This document shows positions 48,882 to 64,000 of a DNA stretch of 64,000 nucleotides, piece by piece. The stretch is from Octopus vulgaris (taxonomy: Eukaryota), in contig OX597824.1 in the NCBI GenBank assembly GCA_951406725.2, forward strand, positions 53,940,001 to 54,004,000, given 5' to 3'. Every line of letters starts with the position of its first letter. Positions within the stretch are counted from its first letter, which is position 1. The notes under the pieces were generated by a model. It did no database searches, was not told the DNA's origin, and was given only the letters and a program-made list of their open reading frames with translations. A program made the position numbers and the translations under genes.

Positions 48882-49113
48882 TATACGAAGCTTATACATA
48901 TATATATATACATACACATATATATATATGTATATATATGTATATATACGAAGCTTATACATATATATATATATATATATATACATACACACATATATAT
49001 ATATATACATATAAAGTTAATCCAAACAAGAAAGCACAAAAAAACACAACAACGCGAGGACGTGGAACAAATATAGTATTATTGGATGCTCAGGAAAGAA
49101 GGAAAGAAAGAGG

Positions 49114-49148
49114 GTTTAACGTTTTGAGCGGAGCTCTTCGTCGGAAAC
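49114..49148 (-). ncRNA. Degenerate minimal hammerhead-like motif
   Basis: Minus strand: GTTT-CCGACGA-A-GAGC-TCC-GCTC-AAAA-CGT-T-AAAC; two core substitutions (U4>C, G12>A). Confidence 0.35.
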
Positions 49149-49224
49149 ATAGGAGAAGGAAAGATCCAGAGAAGGGAAGACAGAGGAAAAAAAATCGCCA
49201 ACGGTACACACGAGGTCATATTTT

Positions 49225-49268
<44 letters not shown>

Positions 49269-49305
49269 CATACATATATACACATATATATATATATACA
49301 AATAT

Positions 49306-49336
<31 letters not shown>

Positions 49337-49515
49337 CATATATACACGCACATATATGTATATACATATATACACACACATATATACATATACACACACA
49401 CACACACATATACATATACACACACACATATACATATACACACACACATATACATATATATATATATACACATATATATACATATACATAAATACATACA
49501 TATATATACATATAT

Positions 49516-50190
49516 ATGATGATGATGATGACTGCCCCCTCGTTATCGAGTATGGCCATTGCAAGAAGCTTAACTGTTATTGGTGCTGTGATCGAATGTG
49601 ACTGTTATTTGGTTCTTAAGGCTTCAGCCAGCCATTCAGTTGAGACTCACAGCACCATCAACGATCATGAACAATGTTGTTATCGTGCAATACCTGTGCA
49701 AGAAGATTTTTTTTAAAGTGAGGAAAGGCTGTGCACTGAGTCAATCCCACTCACTAAGCAACAGCAGCCATAATCCGAAAAGAAGAACAAGTCAACATCA
49801 TCGGTAACCACCGAGCCGCAGGTTTTATGTCGGAGTTATCCCAGTTACCTGAGTTACCTTCTCCTAGAAGGATGCCCTAACAAAGGCTAGGAGTCCTTCA
49901 CTCCCAATGGTTTAACCGCGCGATCGAGTATTTAGTCCGATTATTTCTATGTCCCCGCGCATGATACAGCCTTAAGCCTTAAGAAGAAAAAAAATTACAC
50001 ATTTATTGGATGGCCATTGACTCTCAAGAGTTCCTCTGCCCTTTGATGGGTTTTGTTTTTCATCCCGCAGGGTGTCTAATAAACACCCGCCTCACCAAGC
50101 AAGCTTGGTGGGGTTGCTGGTTTAGTCGCCGACGGCCAGACCATGCAACAGGTTGTACTCGGTTACATGTCACCAGTAGCACTCGAAAGT
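49516..50190 (-). mobile_element. Unclassified non-coding retroposon, probably RTE-related
   Basis: (ATC)n tail on the minus strand; GGGCATCC..TAGGAGAAGGTAACTC resembles RTE 5' UTRs; hairpins at 50070-50113. Confidence 0.35.
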
Positions 50191-50220
50191 GACCTGGCAT
50201 AATAGATACATAATAGATAC

Positions 50221-50259
<39 letters not shown>

Positions 50260-50454
50260 CATGGGAGCCAGTCAGGCAACGACCATACTTGAAAGTACAT
50301 GGTACAATTACTACCTTCATCCATAGCAAGATGATGCAGCTAGTTTATCCTACCCCCCTCTGATTTTTCATTCAACTGAAGAAAACGACATTATTTATGG
50401 GATGGCACAATATATATCTATACATACCTACACACACACACACACATATATTTA

Positions 50455-50499
<45 letters not shown>

Positions 50500-51260
50500 C
50501 ATACACATATATATATATGTTGTCTTTTTATTTATTCTTGAAAATATTTATGTAATGGATGCACTCAATTTTCATACACATTTGTAGAAGTATTCTCGGA
50601 ATATTTTGGTGCCAATCTGTCTCTTTCCTTTACTTTGCTATTTTTAATTTGCTTTTTCTCTCTCTCTGTTTCTCTCTTCCCACTATCACATGACCGGTGA
50701 CGAACTAAGGCGGTTTCATTCCTTTTCATGTTGCTTTCAACCGTATTGCATATGACCTTCTGAGCTCCTCACTCTACCTCTCCCACGTATACTCCTTTAA
50801 GACAGTTTTCATTTCTCCTTCGCATCACCCATTTTTGTCTTGTCTTGCAGCCCCAAGGCTTTTGTTATATATGTATTATCATTATTAATTGTTGTCTTCG
50901 TGTGGCCCTAAGTCTTTATTCTGTTTATCATTTTGTCTTGAGCCCAACACATTTTGTTATGTTTACGTCCCATTCCCAACACGTTTCTTGTCGGTGCCTC
51001 CAGAGTGGAAGCAATATTATTGATAATGGCTGAAATTGCATTGGACCCCTCTGGCTGATAACTGATGAAGAATTGGTGACCTATGTTTTCTGTCCGCCTG
51101 TGTATTTAGTATATGTTCATTTGTTTATTTATTATACGCTTTTTATTTTTATAATATAGGTAAGTTATATTTTCGGTTTGTTGTCTTTTTATTTAATCCT
51201 GAGAATATTAAATATGAAACACATGCACTCAATGTATTACACACATATATATATACATGC

Positions 51261-51297
<37 letters not shown>

Positions 51298-51559
51298 AAG
51301 GAGATACAACCACACATACACACACACATATATATATATATATGTACCTCCTCTATAGGGGGACACTTATTTCTGTCTCTGTTTCTCTGTCACACTCTAA
51401 CCTTTCATCATCTGATACAAGATCACCTCCTCCAATGCTCCGTCTTGTATAGCAAGATTCCTGTCACTTTCTAACCTTTCATCATCTGACACAAGATCCC
51501 CCTCTGTCAATACCTCCTTCCCTTTCAAAATTCCTTGTCATGCAAGTTACTTGGTAACC

Positions 51560-51853
51560 CTGTTGGTGCTGGTGGTACGTAAAAAGCATCCAACCTACAT
51601 TGTAAAGTGGTTGGAATCTTGAAGGGCACCCAGCTGTAAAAGTCATGCCAAAACTGACCTTGCCTGTGCTGGGCCATGTAAAGAGCACTCAGTTCATTTT
51701 GTGGAGTGGTCAGTGTAAGGAAGGGCATCCAGCCGTAAAAACTATGCCAAAACAGACACAGTAGCCTGGGGTAGTTTTCTACCTGGCTGGCTCTTGTCAA
51801 CCGTCCTACTCATGCATACATGGAAGATGGACGTTAAATAATGATGATGATGA
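51560..51853 (+). mobile_element. Older diverged RTE-tail element
   Basis: Two copies of AAGGGCA(C/T)CCAGC(T/C)GTAAAA; ends GGACGTTAAA...(GAT)n. Confidence 0.7.
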
Positions 51854-52067
51854 TATATACACACACATACACATAAGCATACATGTATATTTACACACAT
51901 GTGTACACACATACATACTCACACACAGTAGCCATGGCTAGACAAGCAGTGGCAAAATGTATATTGAAACATGAAAATACTTGACTTATTTTTATCTACG
52001 ACCAGAGTGCAACATGGTTGAAGCATAGGAATAACGTTAAGTAGCAATACTTGTATGAAATAAATTA

Positions 52068-52376
<309 letters not shown>

Positions 52377-52669
52377 TTAAATTTATCATAAACCCATATT
52401 TATCATTTAATATTTTTTGTCTTCAGAAAGTAATCTATAAATAAGAATTGTTCAGTCTATTTTATAAAAGTATAAAAAAATTATGCAAGATATTCTAAAG
52501 AATACTTTGAATAAAATAATCTAATGAAAGAGATAAATAGCAGAACATGTTACAAGAGATTATTATAACCAGTGGCTTCTTCAGCTGATGAAAAAGAAAA
52601 GAATGAAAACAAAAATTCAGTAAGCAGCAATTCTAATAGCAGTGAGAAAATCTAAAATAGATAATTTAC

Positions 52670-52822
52670 CTGCAGCTGGTTCTGCAACAAGTGGGCTAGC
52701 AGAAGAACCCAGTCGTTGAACCAAACTACCAAGCTCATGGAGGGCACACACCAGCACATGCTGGCTGGCTGATACCTCTGAAGCTTGAAACTTTCCATCA
52801 TTTGATTCCATTACAGCTTCTC
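52670..52822 (-). CDS. HEATR5B: HEATR5A/B orthologue, preceding internal exon (153 bp, phase 1-1)
   Basis: TTTTCAG|..|GTAAAT splice sites; translates [50 protein letters not shown]. Confidence 0.88.
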
Positions 52823-52974
52823 CTGAAAATAACAATATACTTTAATACAATTGTGGTAAAATTATTAGATGCTTAAAATATGAAGAATTTACAAAACAAA
52901 CTATGAGACAAAACTGTATAAGTATTTTTTAAATGTTTGAAATTTACAAAATGCAATACAGTGTTAATACAATA

Positions 52975-53805
52975 TGGAGAATGTTTGGGCTAAATTTGAT
53001 GATTTTTTTCATGTCTCTTTTTTTTTCAGTTGGTGAACTGAAAACAGCACTGGAGAGTATAAAGTTATAGGTGAGAAACTGCTAGCTGACATGGAGGACT
53101 GGAAGCTTTCTAAATATTGGAAAAGTGTTACCTGTATCATGATGATTCTTGCTGGCTATCAAAATGCCAATGTCATGACTGCTGCTCAATGCCCTGTGAA
53201 CACTGTAAAGGCCGTAACAAGTGGCATGGACAGCGACTATGAAGCTGTGGTCAGCAGGAAGGACACAGAAGTTCTGACAGTTCACACACTGAGATTCCTT
53301 CACACTGCTTTAATTTAGCTGGCTATGTGAAGCTAGAAGACTATAGTCAATCTCTGGCTGGAGAGGGTTGCTGCTAAAAGCCATATGTCATAACTCCAAA
53401 AAGAGTCAGAAGTAGTTGTTGGAGAATTTCTATGACTTCACCAGCCCCAGTCTCTGACTGCCTAACTCTCAAATGTAATCCCATGGATTACTATGTGTGA
53501 GGCACAGTTGAGATGGACATCAACCACTCTGCTTGCAATAGCAAAGCTGAGTTAGTGGCCCAGATCAAGAAGGTGCTTGAAGATCTTACCAGGAATAGAA
53601 TAAAGAACATATGCACTGAGTTCTGGACCTGTCTTGTGGCTATGGTGGTAGCTGAGGGTGGCTACTCTGAATAAACTGTTATCTCCTAACAATAATCTAG
53701 TTGATATTTTTGATTTTTTAAAAATACTTTTATTTATTTTTGGATGGGATATTGTTTTTTGTTTACTTTTAATGCAAACTGTTAAATTTAGCTTGAACAT
53801 CCTGA
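52975..53805 (+). mobile_element. Decayed Tc1/mariner-superfamily transposon
   Basis: Remnant CNPMDYYV*GTVE (~53474-53512) like the SPDLNPxDY motif; imperfect TIRs ATGTTTGGGCTAAATTTGA / TTAAATTTAGCTTGAACAT. Confidence 0.55.
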
Positions 53806-54469
53806 ACATTATAACACTGAATTATTTCAAAAGTAGATTTTCTGTAAACTAACTCCAACAAGTCAAGGGCTTATAGATGGCACCGTTTATACTTTCCTTA
53901 ATATAAAATCTAAGTATTGTGTCATGCCATAAATAATGCAGTTTTTTCAACTGCATGCACTAAAAATCAGATGGGATAAACTACCTACATCAACTTGCTA
54001 TAAAAGCAGTTAATAATTTTACCTTGTATGTATTCTTAGTGCAATTTTTGAAGAGAGCAGTTCGATTTTCTTACAACCTTGAGTTTGCATATAGACTACA
54101 CTGTGTTTTAACACTACAAAAACTAAATCAGTAACAAACATATCTTTTCTCAATGACTTCTATGACTGCCTTCACAAATACAACTGCACACACCACACTG
54201 TACTTCGCACTGTCAGTATGCATGCACCTTAATAAGGTTTAGGATAGTTCACTTGCTATGCTACAGAGGTGTCAGGATTTCACTGCAATATCTCCCCTTT
54301 TTGAGCTTGACTTTCCTTGGAAGTGAGTATTTTTCCTTTATTTATTATATTTATTACCCTCTCCCCACCCCTTTCTTTCAACTTAATTCCCCAGGAAGAA
54401 ATTGGAATATTTTCTTTTTCGTTTTGACTACTTGCAAAAGTTCAGTTTTTCTTTTCTTTTCCTAGTAAA

Positions 54470-56680
54470 TGTACTCGATGGTTTGACTATTCCTTGAGGT
54501 ACAGGTATGTCAAAAATGTCGAAGAAATTCCATTAGTTCTTCATGTTTTATTCTTTCCTCTGCAAACCATTTTTTTTCAGTTGGTTTAAATGTCTTTCGT
54601 GTTCCCATGTATGACATTTTACCATGTAAGTTCATTTTCTTAAACATTCACTTATTATACCTTCTTCCCAACTTTCCTGCCTATTTCTGTATATTCTAAA
54701 AAACACCTTGTCACTGATTTTGAACTATTTTGTCTTATTTTTGGTGTTTCTCATCACTTATTTTTTTCTTCCCAGTAGTAAGTGGTCAAACACTGACCTG
54801 ACATTCCTGGTGACATACCTTAAGTGGTGTTGGGATTAAGTGTTATTCAATAGACAGTTAAGAATTGCATCAATGAGGTATCAGATAGTAGCTTATTCCT
54901 ATATTTTTTCAGTCTCCTCTTAAACGTGTCTACATAACGTTCTGCTAGTCCATTCGATCTTCGATGGTATGGCAGAGTAGTAATATGCTCCATTGCATAC
55001 ATTTCGCAAAAGTTTTTCAATTCCTTTGATGTCAATTGCGTTCTGTTATCAGATACTATAGTGTTTGGGTTGCCATATCACGCAAAAAGTTCATCCAGAA
55101 ATTCCATTATTACTTTGGAAGTTGGCTTCCTACATTTACATATTTCTGGCCATTTCGTGTAACTATCTACAAACATTTAACAGTCCTGCAAAGTCTATGT
55201 GTAATCTGTCAGTCTTGAGCCAAAGCTGAATATTTATAGGTGGTACTTTTGCTTCCAGCACATAACCCCTGCAGGCTTTCACCAATTTTTCAATATCCTG
55301 GTTCCTATTTGGCCAGTAGACGTAGCTCCTCATCAGTGCTTCCATTCTCGCAATTCCTGGATGTCTCATGTGGAATTCTTTTAGCATACAATTTTGCAAA
55401 GAAACAGGTATTACAACCCTCTGAGCATACATAAGCACGTCATCACATAACGAACACCATTTTGAAACTGTGTTACACTTGGCTACATGAGTTTTCATAT
55501 TTGTTTCTGACTTCACTATTTTTTTCCTTTTTATTATGAACACATCCTTCTCTGCTTTAATTTTTATTTCCTCTAAAGTGACAGGTAGTTTGTGTACTAT
55601 GTTGCAGAGTATATTTTTTGTTTCAATTTCAGCTTTTAATGCTGCTTTTACTATGTCTTCTAATGGTTCATTGTATTTAGGTATCAATCTTGACAGCCCA
55701 TCCATGTCACAGATTTTTCGATGGTAGAAATTCCATCTTAAAGTCATAATTTAGCAAGATAGTCCCGCAGCAGTGCAATTGGTTGGCTGTATGTGTGGGG
55801 ATACCCTTTTTTGATCCATAATTTGACAACAATGAGTGGTGATCTGTCTGCAGATTGAATTTCCTTCCATGTATGAATTTGTGAAATTTTTTCATGGCAA
55901 AAATAATGGCTAATGCCACCTCCTCAATTTGGCTGTAGTTTTTTTCAGCCACCAACAATGAACGTGAAGCATGGGTGATCGGTTTTAGGCTACCATTTTC
56001 ATACTAGTGTAAAATTGCTGCTAGCATCTGATGTTACAACTATTTTTAAATTTGGATCAAAGTACGATGATGACAGTTCTGATGTTAAAACTTAAAATTT
56101 CTTCGAACACTTTTTGGCACCTGTCCAATCAATACCATTTAATGTCTTTTTTCAATAGGTTGTTTAGGGGTACTCTTAGTTCATGCATATTTGGTATATA
56201 TGTTTGGTAATAGTTTGTGAGCTCCAAGAATCCTTGTAATATAATATTTTTTGGGGGAAGCATATTTTTTATTGCAGTCGATCTTAAAGAATCTGGCCTG
56301 AGACCATTTTTATTGATAACTTGCCCAAGATACTTTATTTCTGGCATGAAAAATTTGCATTTTTCCTTGCTAAGTTTAAATCCATATTCCTTTATTCTTT
56401 CAAAGACCTTTTTAACATGTTCCTCATGCTGGCCTTGAGACTCACTTTTTGTGAGTATGTCATCCAAGTATTGTGAAATCTGTAACCGCAAGCATAGTGT
56501 CCATCACCTGTTGGAAAATATTAAGTGCCACCTTTATCTCAAAAGGAAGTCGACTGAATTTATATAAACCTTTATGGGTGTTTATTGTTAATAATTTCGA
56601 ACATTCCTCCTCGATTTGTAACTGTAAATATGCCTTTTTCTTTACATAAACAGTTGGTGATGATACTAATACTGACATTT
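54470..56680 (-). pseudogene. Decayed Ty3/Gypsy pol (RT, RNase H, integrase)
   Basis: Fragments INTHKGLYKFSRLPF, YLDD, EKNYSQIE, LQTDH, H-HPGI..YVYWP..C, LHIDFAG, SNGLAER; many stops and frameshifts. Confidence 0.85.
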
Positions 56681-58410
56681 TGCATGTATAAAACTTTTAT
56701 ACACAGGTTTCATGCTGAGTGTAAGTCACCATAAAAATAGCCAAGATTACATCCACACACTAAAACTGATAAAATTGAAACTGAAGTGAACTTAATATGA
56801 ATCAATTTCACACTTCTAATTTTTAAAATACATTTTCTTTTCAATGCTGTTAATTAAATTGATCTTAATATATCGAGGGTGCTTAACATTTTCAACCTTA
56901 GAAAGATTTAGCTTCAAAGTAAGGAGGCAACATGCAGGATACATTGAGTTATAATCTAGTGTTGTCTTTCCTCAGGCTCAAAAGTATATTATTAGTTTCT
57001 TACATTCAAGGCCTTAATAGGAAGCTATAAAGTTTGTGCATTTCTTCAGGCAATTTTCTGGAAAGTGAAGTAAAATGTTTTCAAATGGGAGTCAGGAGTA
57101 GTTCTTATATGACAAATGACTTACTAAAACCTTATTTCAATGCCACATTGTAAAGCACTTTTATTTGTAAAATCATTAACAAATTAATTGACCTAATTAA
57201 TTGAAACCAAATACTTCTGTTCTACAGTACATATTATAATAATAAAATACTGTGTAAACGAATGGAACTTGTAAGAATGTGCCCATGCTTTATTTCGAAA
57301 ATACAAAATCTACACACACAAACTATTTTAAAATTTCTTTCTAATGATCTTCTCTCTCATTCTGTATATCTGGGTATATGGGAAAAAGCAGTGATAGCCC
57401 ATCTCAGAACTACATGTCTCATCACTTTCTCTGCAACCAGTCATCTTTCAATCACTCATGAACTACTTCCTGGTGACACTTACCACCCTATGTCTCCTTC
57501 TACATCCTGGCAACCATTATTCACTGGCCATCTCTACACTGCCAAACCTTCTTGATTTTCTGTTCTCAAACTCTCTTCTATTCCCCATTTTGTACATTGA
57601 GGGTACATTCTAATGCCTCAGTTTAAAGAAGATGCAGTAGTTAGGGATTAAATTATACATTACTTCAAAAACGAGTTATTGGTTGGTTACGCAAAAACTA
57701 ATTCAAATGAGGAAGATGAGAAAATGTATAAGTTAGGAACACATGCTTTAATATTTGTTGAATCAAGGTATGTTAGCTAGGAGGAATTTGCACGTGGAAA
57801 TTTTATGAAGGTTTTTTTGAATAACTGGGAACAACAGATATATAACGTATGCTTATCAAATTAGACTTACAATCAAGGATTTCCAATGCCTTTAATGAGC
57901 ACAAATTACAGCGAATAAGATCACCTTGGCATGAAAGCACAATACCTAATATTGACCATACACTGAGTACTAGTTCCTTTCTTTTGTATTTAAAAAAACA
58001 TGAACAAGATTATGTAGTCTTAATTTGAGCTTGCAGCATATTGCTCCTATGTAATAATATTCTAGTTGTTTTTCCATCAAGTACTTTATGAGGGTGTGTG
58101 TGTGGGCACGCGTGCACATGTGTGTATGTATATATATATGTGTGAATGTAGGTGTGTTTGTGTATGTCCGTATATTATATATGAATACATCTGTGTATAT
58201 ATGTATATATACACATGTAGATATATACACACATAATACACGTGTGTGTGTAAATATATATAGGTATATATATATGTATTTTTATATATATCTCTATAAA
58301 TGCACACACACACACAAACAAATATGTGCGTATATATATATATATATCCAAATACATTCATAAATATATATATATATATATATACCTTCATATATTTATA
58401 TATATATATA

Positions 58411-58645
58411 TACTCTTTACTCTTTTACTTGTTTCAGTCATTTGACTGCGGCCAGGCTGGAGCAGCGCCTTTAGTCGAGCAAATATACCCCAGGACATAT
58501 TCTTTGTAAGCCCAGTACTTATTCTATCGGTCTATTTTGCCGAAGCGCTAAGTGACAGGGACGTAAACACACCAGCATCGGTTGTCAAGCAATGCTAGGG
58601 GGACAAACACAGACAGACAAACACACACACACATACATATATATG

Positions 58646-58699
<54 letters not shown>

Positions 58700-58864
58700 T
58701 ACGACAGGCTTCTTTCAGTTTCCGTCTAGCAAATCCACTCACAAGGCATTGGTCGGCCCGGGGCTATAGCATAAGACACTTGCCCAGGATGCCACGCAGT
58801 AGGACTGAACCCGGAACCATGTAGTTGGTTACAAAGCTACTTACAACACAGCCACTCCTGCGCC
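58411..58864 (-). mobile_element. tRNA-derived SINE (same family as 36672-37061)
   Basis: Same head, body and tail, with internal (TA)/(CA) microsatellite. Confidence 0.88.
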
Positions 58865-58867
58865 TGT

Positions 58868-58967
58868 NNNNNNNNNNNNNNNNNNNNNNNNNNNNNNNNN
58901 NNNNNNNNNNNNNNNNNNNNNNNNNNNNNNNNNNNNNNNNNNNNNNNNNNNNNNNNNNNNNNNNNNN
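58868..58967. other. Assembly gap (100 N)
   Basis: N run. Confidence 0.99.
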
Positions 58968-61587
58968 TATTTTTAAATTTGGATCAAAGTACGATGATGA
59001 CAGTTCTGATGTTAAAACTTAAAATTTCTTCGAACACTTTTTGGCACCTGTCCAGCCAATACCATTTAATGTCTTTTTTCAATAGGTTGTTTAGGGGTAC
59101 TCTTAGTTCATGCATATTTGGTGTATATATGTTTGGTAATAGTTTGTGAAGCTCAAGAATCACTTGTAATTATAATATTTTTTGGGGGAAGGCATATTTT
59201 TTTATTGCAGTTCGATCTTGAAGGATCTGGCCTGACAGACCATTTTTATTGATAACTTGCCCAAGATACTTTATTTCTGGCATGAAAAATTTCACATTTT
59301 TCCTCACTAAGTTTAAATCTATACTCCTTTATTCTTTCAAAGACCTTTTTAACATGTTCCTCATACTGGCCTCAAGACTCACTTTTTATGAGTATGTCTT
59401 CCAAGTAAGCTATAATGAAATCTGTATCCGCAAGCATAATGTCCATCACCTGTTGGAAAATAGTAAGAGCTACCTTTATCCCAAAAGGAAGTCAATTGAG
59501 TTTATATAAACCTTTATGGGTGTTCATTGTTAATAATTTCGAACATTCCTCCTCGATTTGTAACTGTAAATATGCCTTTTTCTTTACATAAACAGTTGGT
59601 GATGATACTAATACTGACATTTTGCATGTATAAAACTTTTATACACAGGTTTCATGCTGAGTGTAAGTCACCATAAAAATAGCCAAGATTACATCCACAC
59701 ACTAAAACTGATAAAATTGAAACTGAAGTGAACTTAATATGAATCAATTTCACACTTCTAATTTTTAAAATACATTTTCTTTTCAATGCTGTTAATTAAA
59801 TTGATCTTAATATATCGAGGGTGCTTAACATTTTCAACCTTAGAAAGATTTAGCTTCAAAGTAAGGAGGCAACATGCAGGATACATTGAGTTATAATCTA
59901 GTGTTGTCTTTCCTCAGGCTCAAAAGTATATTATTAGTTTCTTACATTCAAGGCCTTAATAGGAAGCTATAAAGTTTGTGCATTTCTTCAGGCAATTTTC
60001 TGGAAAGTGAAGTAAAATGTTTTCAAATGGGAGTCAGGAGTAGTTCTTATATGACAAATGACTTACTAAAACCTTATTTCAATGCCACATTGTAAAGCAC
60101 TTTTATTTGTAAAATCATTAACAAATTAATTGACCTAATTAATTGAAACCAAATACTTCTGTTCTACAGTACATATTATAATAATAAAATACTGTGTAAA
60201 CGAATGGAACTTGTAAGAATGTGCCCATGCTTTATTTCGAAAATACAAAATCTACACACACAAACTATTTTAAAATTTCTTTCTAATGATCTTCTCTCTC
60301 ATTCTGTATATCTGGGTATATGGGAAAAAGCAGTGATAGCCCATCTCAGAACTACATGTCTCATCACTTTCTCTGCAACCAGTCATCTTTCAATCACTCA
60401 TGAACTACTTCCTGGTGACACTTACCACCCTATGTCTCCTTCTACATCCTGGCAACCATTATTCACTGGCCATCTCTACACTGCCAAACCTTCTTGATTT
60501 TCTGTTCTCAAACTCTCTTCTATTCCCCATTTTGTACATTGAGGGTACATTCTAATGCCTCAGTTTAAAGAAGATGCAGTAGTTAGGGATTAAATTATAC
60601 ATTACTTCAAAAACGAGTTATTGGTTGGTTACGCAAAAACTAATTCAAATGAGGAAGATGAGAAAATGTATAAGTTAGGAACACATGCTTTAATATTTGT
60701 TGAATCAAGGTATGTTAGCTAGGAGGAATTTGCACGTGGAAATTTTATGAAGGTTTTTTTGAATAACTGGGAACAACAGATATATAACGTATGCTTATCA
60801 AATTAGACTTACAATCAAGGATTTCCAATGCCTTTAATGAGCACAAATTACAGCGAATAAGATCACCTTGGCATGAAAGCACAATACCTAATATTGACCA
60901 TACACTGAGTACTAGTTCCTTTCTTTTGTATTTAAAAAAACATGAACAAGATTATGTAGTCTTAATTTGAGCTTGCAGCATATTGCTCCTATGTAATAAT
61001 ATTCTAGTTGTTTTTCCATCAAGTACTTTATGAGGGTGTGTGTGTGGGCACGCGTGCACATGTGTGTATGTATATATATATGTGTGAATGTAGGTGTGTT
61101 TGTGTATGTCCGTATATTATATATGAATACATCTGTGTATATATGTATATATACACATGTAGATATATACACACATAATACACGTGTGTGTGTAAATATA
61201 TATAGGTATATATATATGTATTTTTATATATATCTCTATAAATGCACACACACACACAAACAAATATGTGCGTATATATATATATATATCCAAATACATT
61301 CATAAATATATATATATATATATATACCTTCATATATTTATATATATATATATACTCTTTACTCTTTTACTTGTTTCAGTCATTTGACTGCGGCCAGGCT
61401 GGAGCAGCGCCTTTAGTCGAGCAAATATACCCCAGGACATATTCTTTGTAAGCCCAGTACTTATTCTATCGGTCTATTTTGCCGAAGCGCTAAGTGACAG
61501 GGACGTAAACACACCAGCATCGGTTGTCAAGCAATGCTAGGGGGACAAACACAGACAGACAAACACACACACACATACATATATATG

Positions 61588-61645
<58 letters not shown>

Positions 61646-61786
61646 TACGACAGGCTTCTTTCAGTTTCCGTCTAGCAAATCCACTCACAAGGCATTGGTC
61701 GGCCCGGGGCTATAGCATAAGACACTTGCCCAGGATGCCACGCAGTGGGACTGAACCCGGAACCATGTAGTTGGTTACAAAGCTAC
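58968..61786 (+). repeat. Direct duplicate of 56041-~58840, including the Gypsy fragment and a SINE copy at ~61353-61786
   Basis: Identical ORF translations at offset 2942; starts exactly at the gap. Confidence 0.93.

Positions 61787-64000
<2,214 letters not shown>

Noticed and set aside
51028-51070. GCTGAAATTGC...CTGATGA (similar order at ~39615-39656, minus strand) as a permuted hammerhead
   Set aside because: No convincing stems I-III.

Overview
Repeat-dominated animal genomic DNA; the SINE/LINE repertoire and (TA)n expansions resemble an octopod cephalopod (inference). The only host coding sequence I can support is two minus-strand exons of a HEATR5A/B orthologue (52670-52822, 52098-52348), so most of the window is probably intronic. 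Positions 1-31 kb are a compound (TA)n microsatellite carrying about 10 non-LTR insertions: an apparently intact RTE LINE with a PHD finger inside its RT, RTE deletion derivatives, and three CR1-like LINE families. Further on are a Gypsy LTR element with a piggyBac in its 3' LTR, tRNA-SINEs, Penelope-type hammerhead ribozyme motifs, other remnants, and a probable false duplication across an N-gap. The most interesting candidates are: (1) RTE elements with 5' tandem monomer arrays (up to 15 x ~330 bp, YY1-like motifs) joined at a conserved junction motif, resembling mouse L1 monomer promoters; (2) a shared U-UUU-UUR slippery site linking ORF1 to the -1 frame ORF2 in two diverged CR1-like LINEs; (3) a covarying 3' stem-loop shared by three LINE families and a SINE; (4) hammerhead cores, one with a very long stem II. 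All coordinates were read by eye and boundaries may be off by a few bases.
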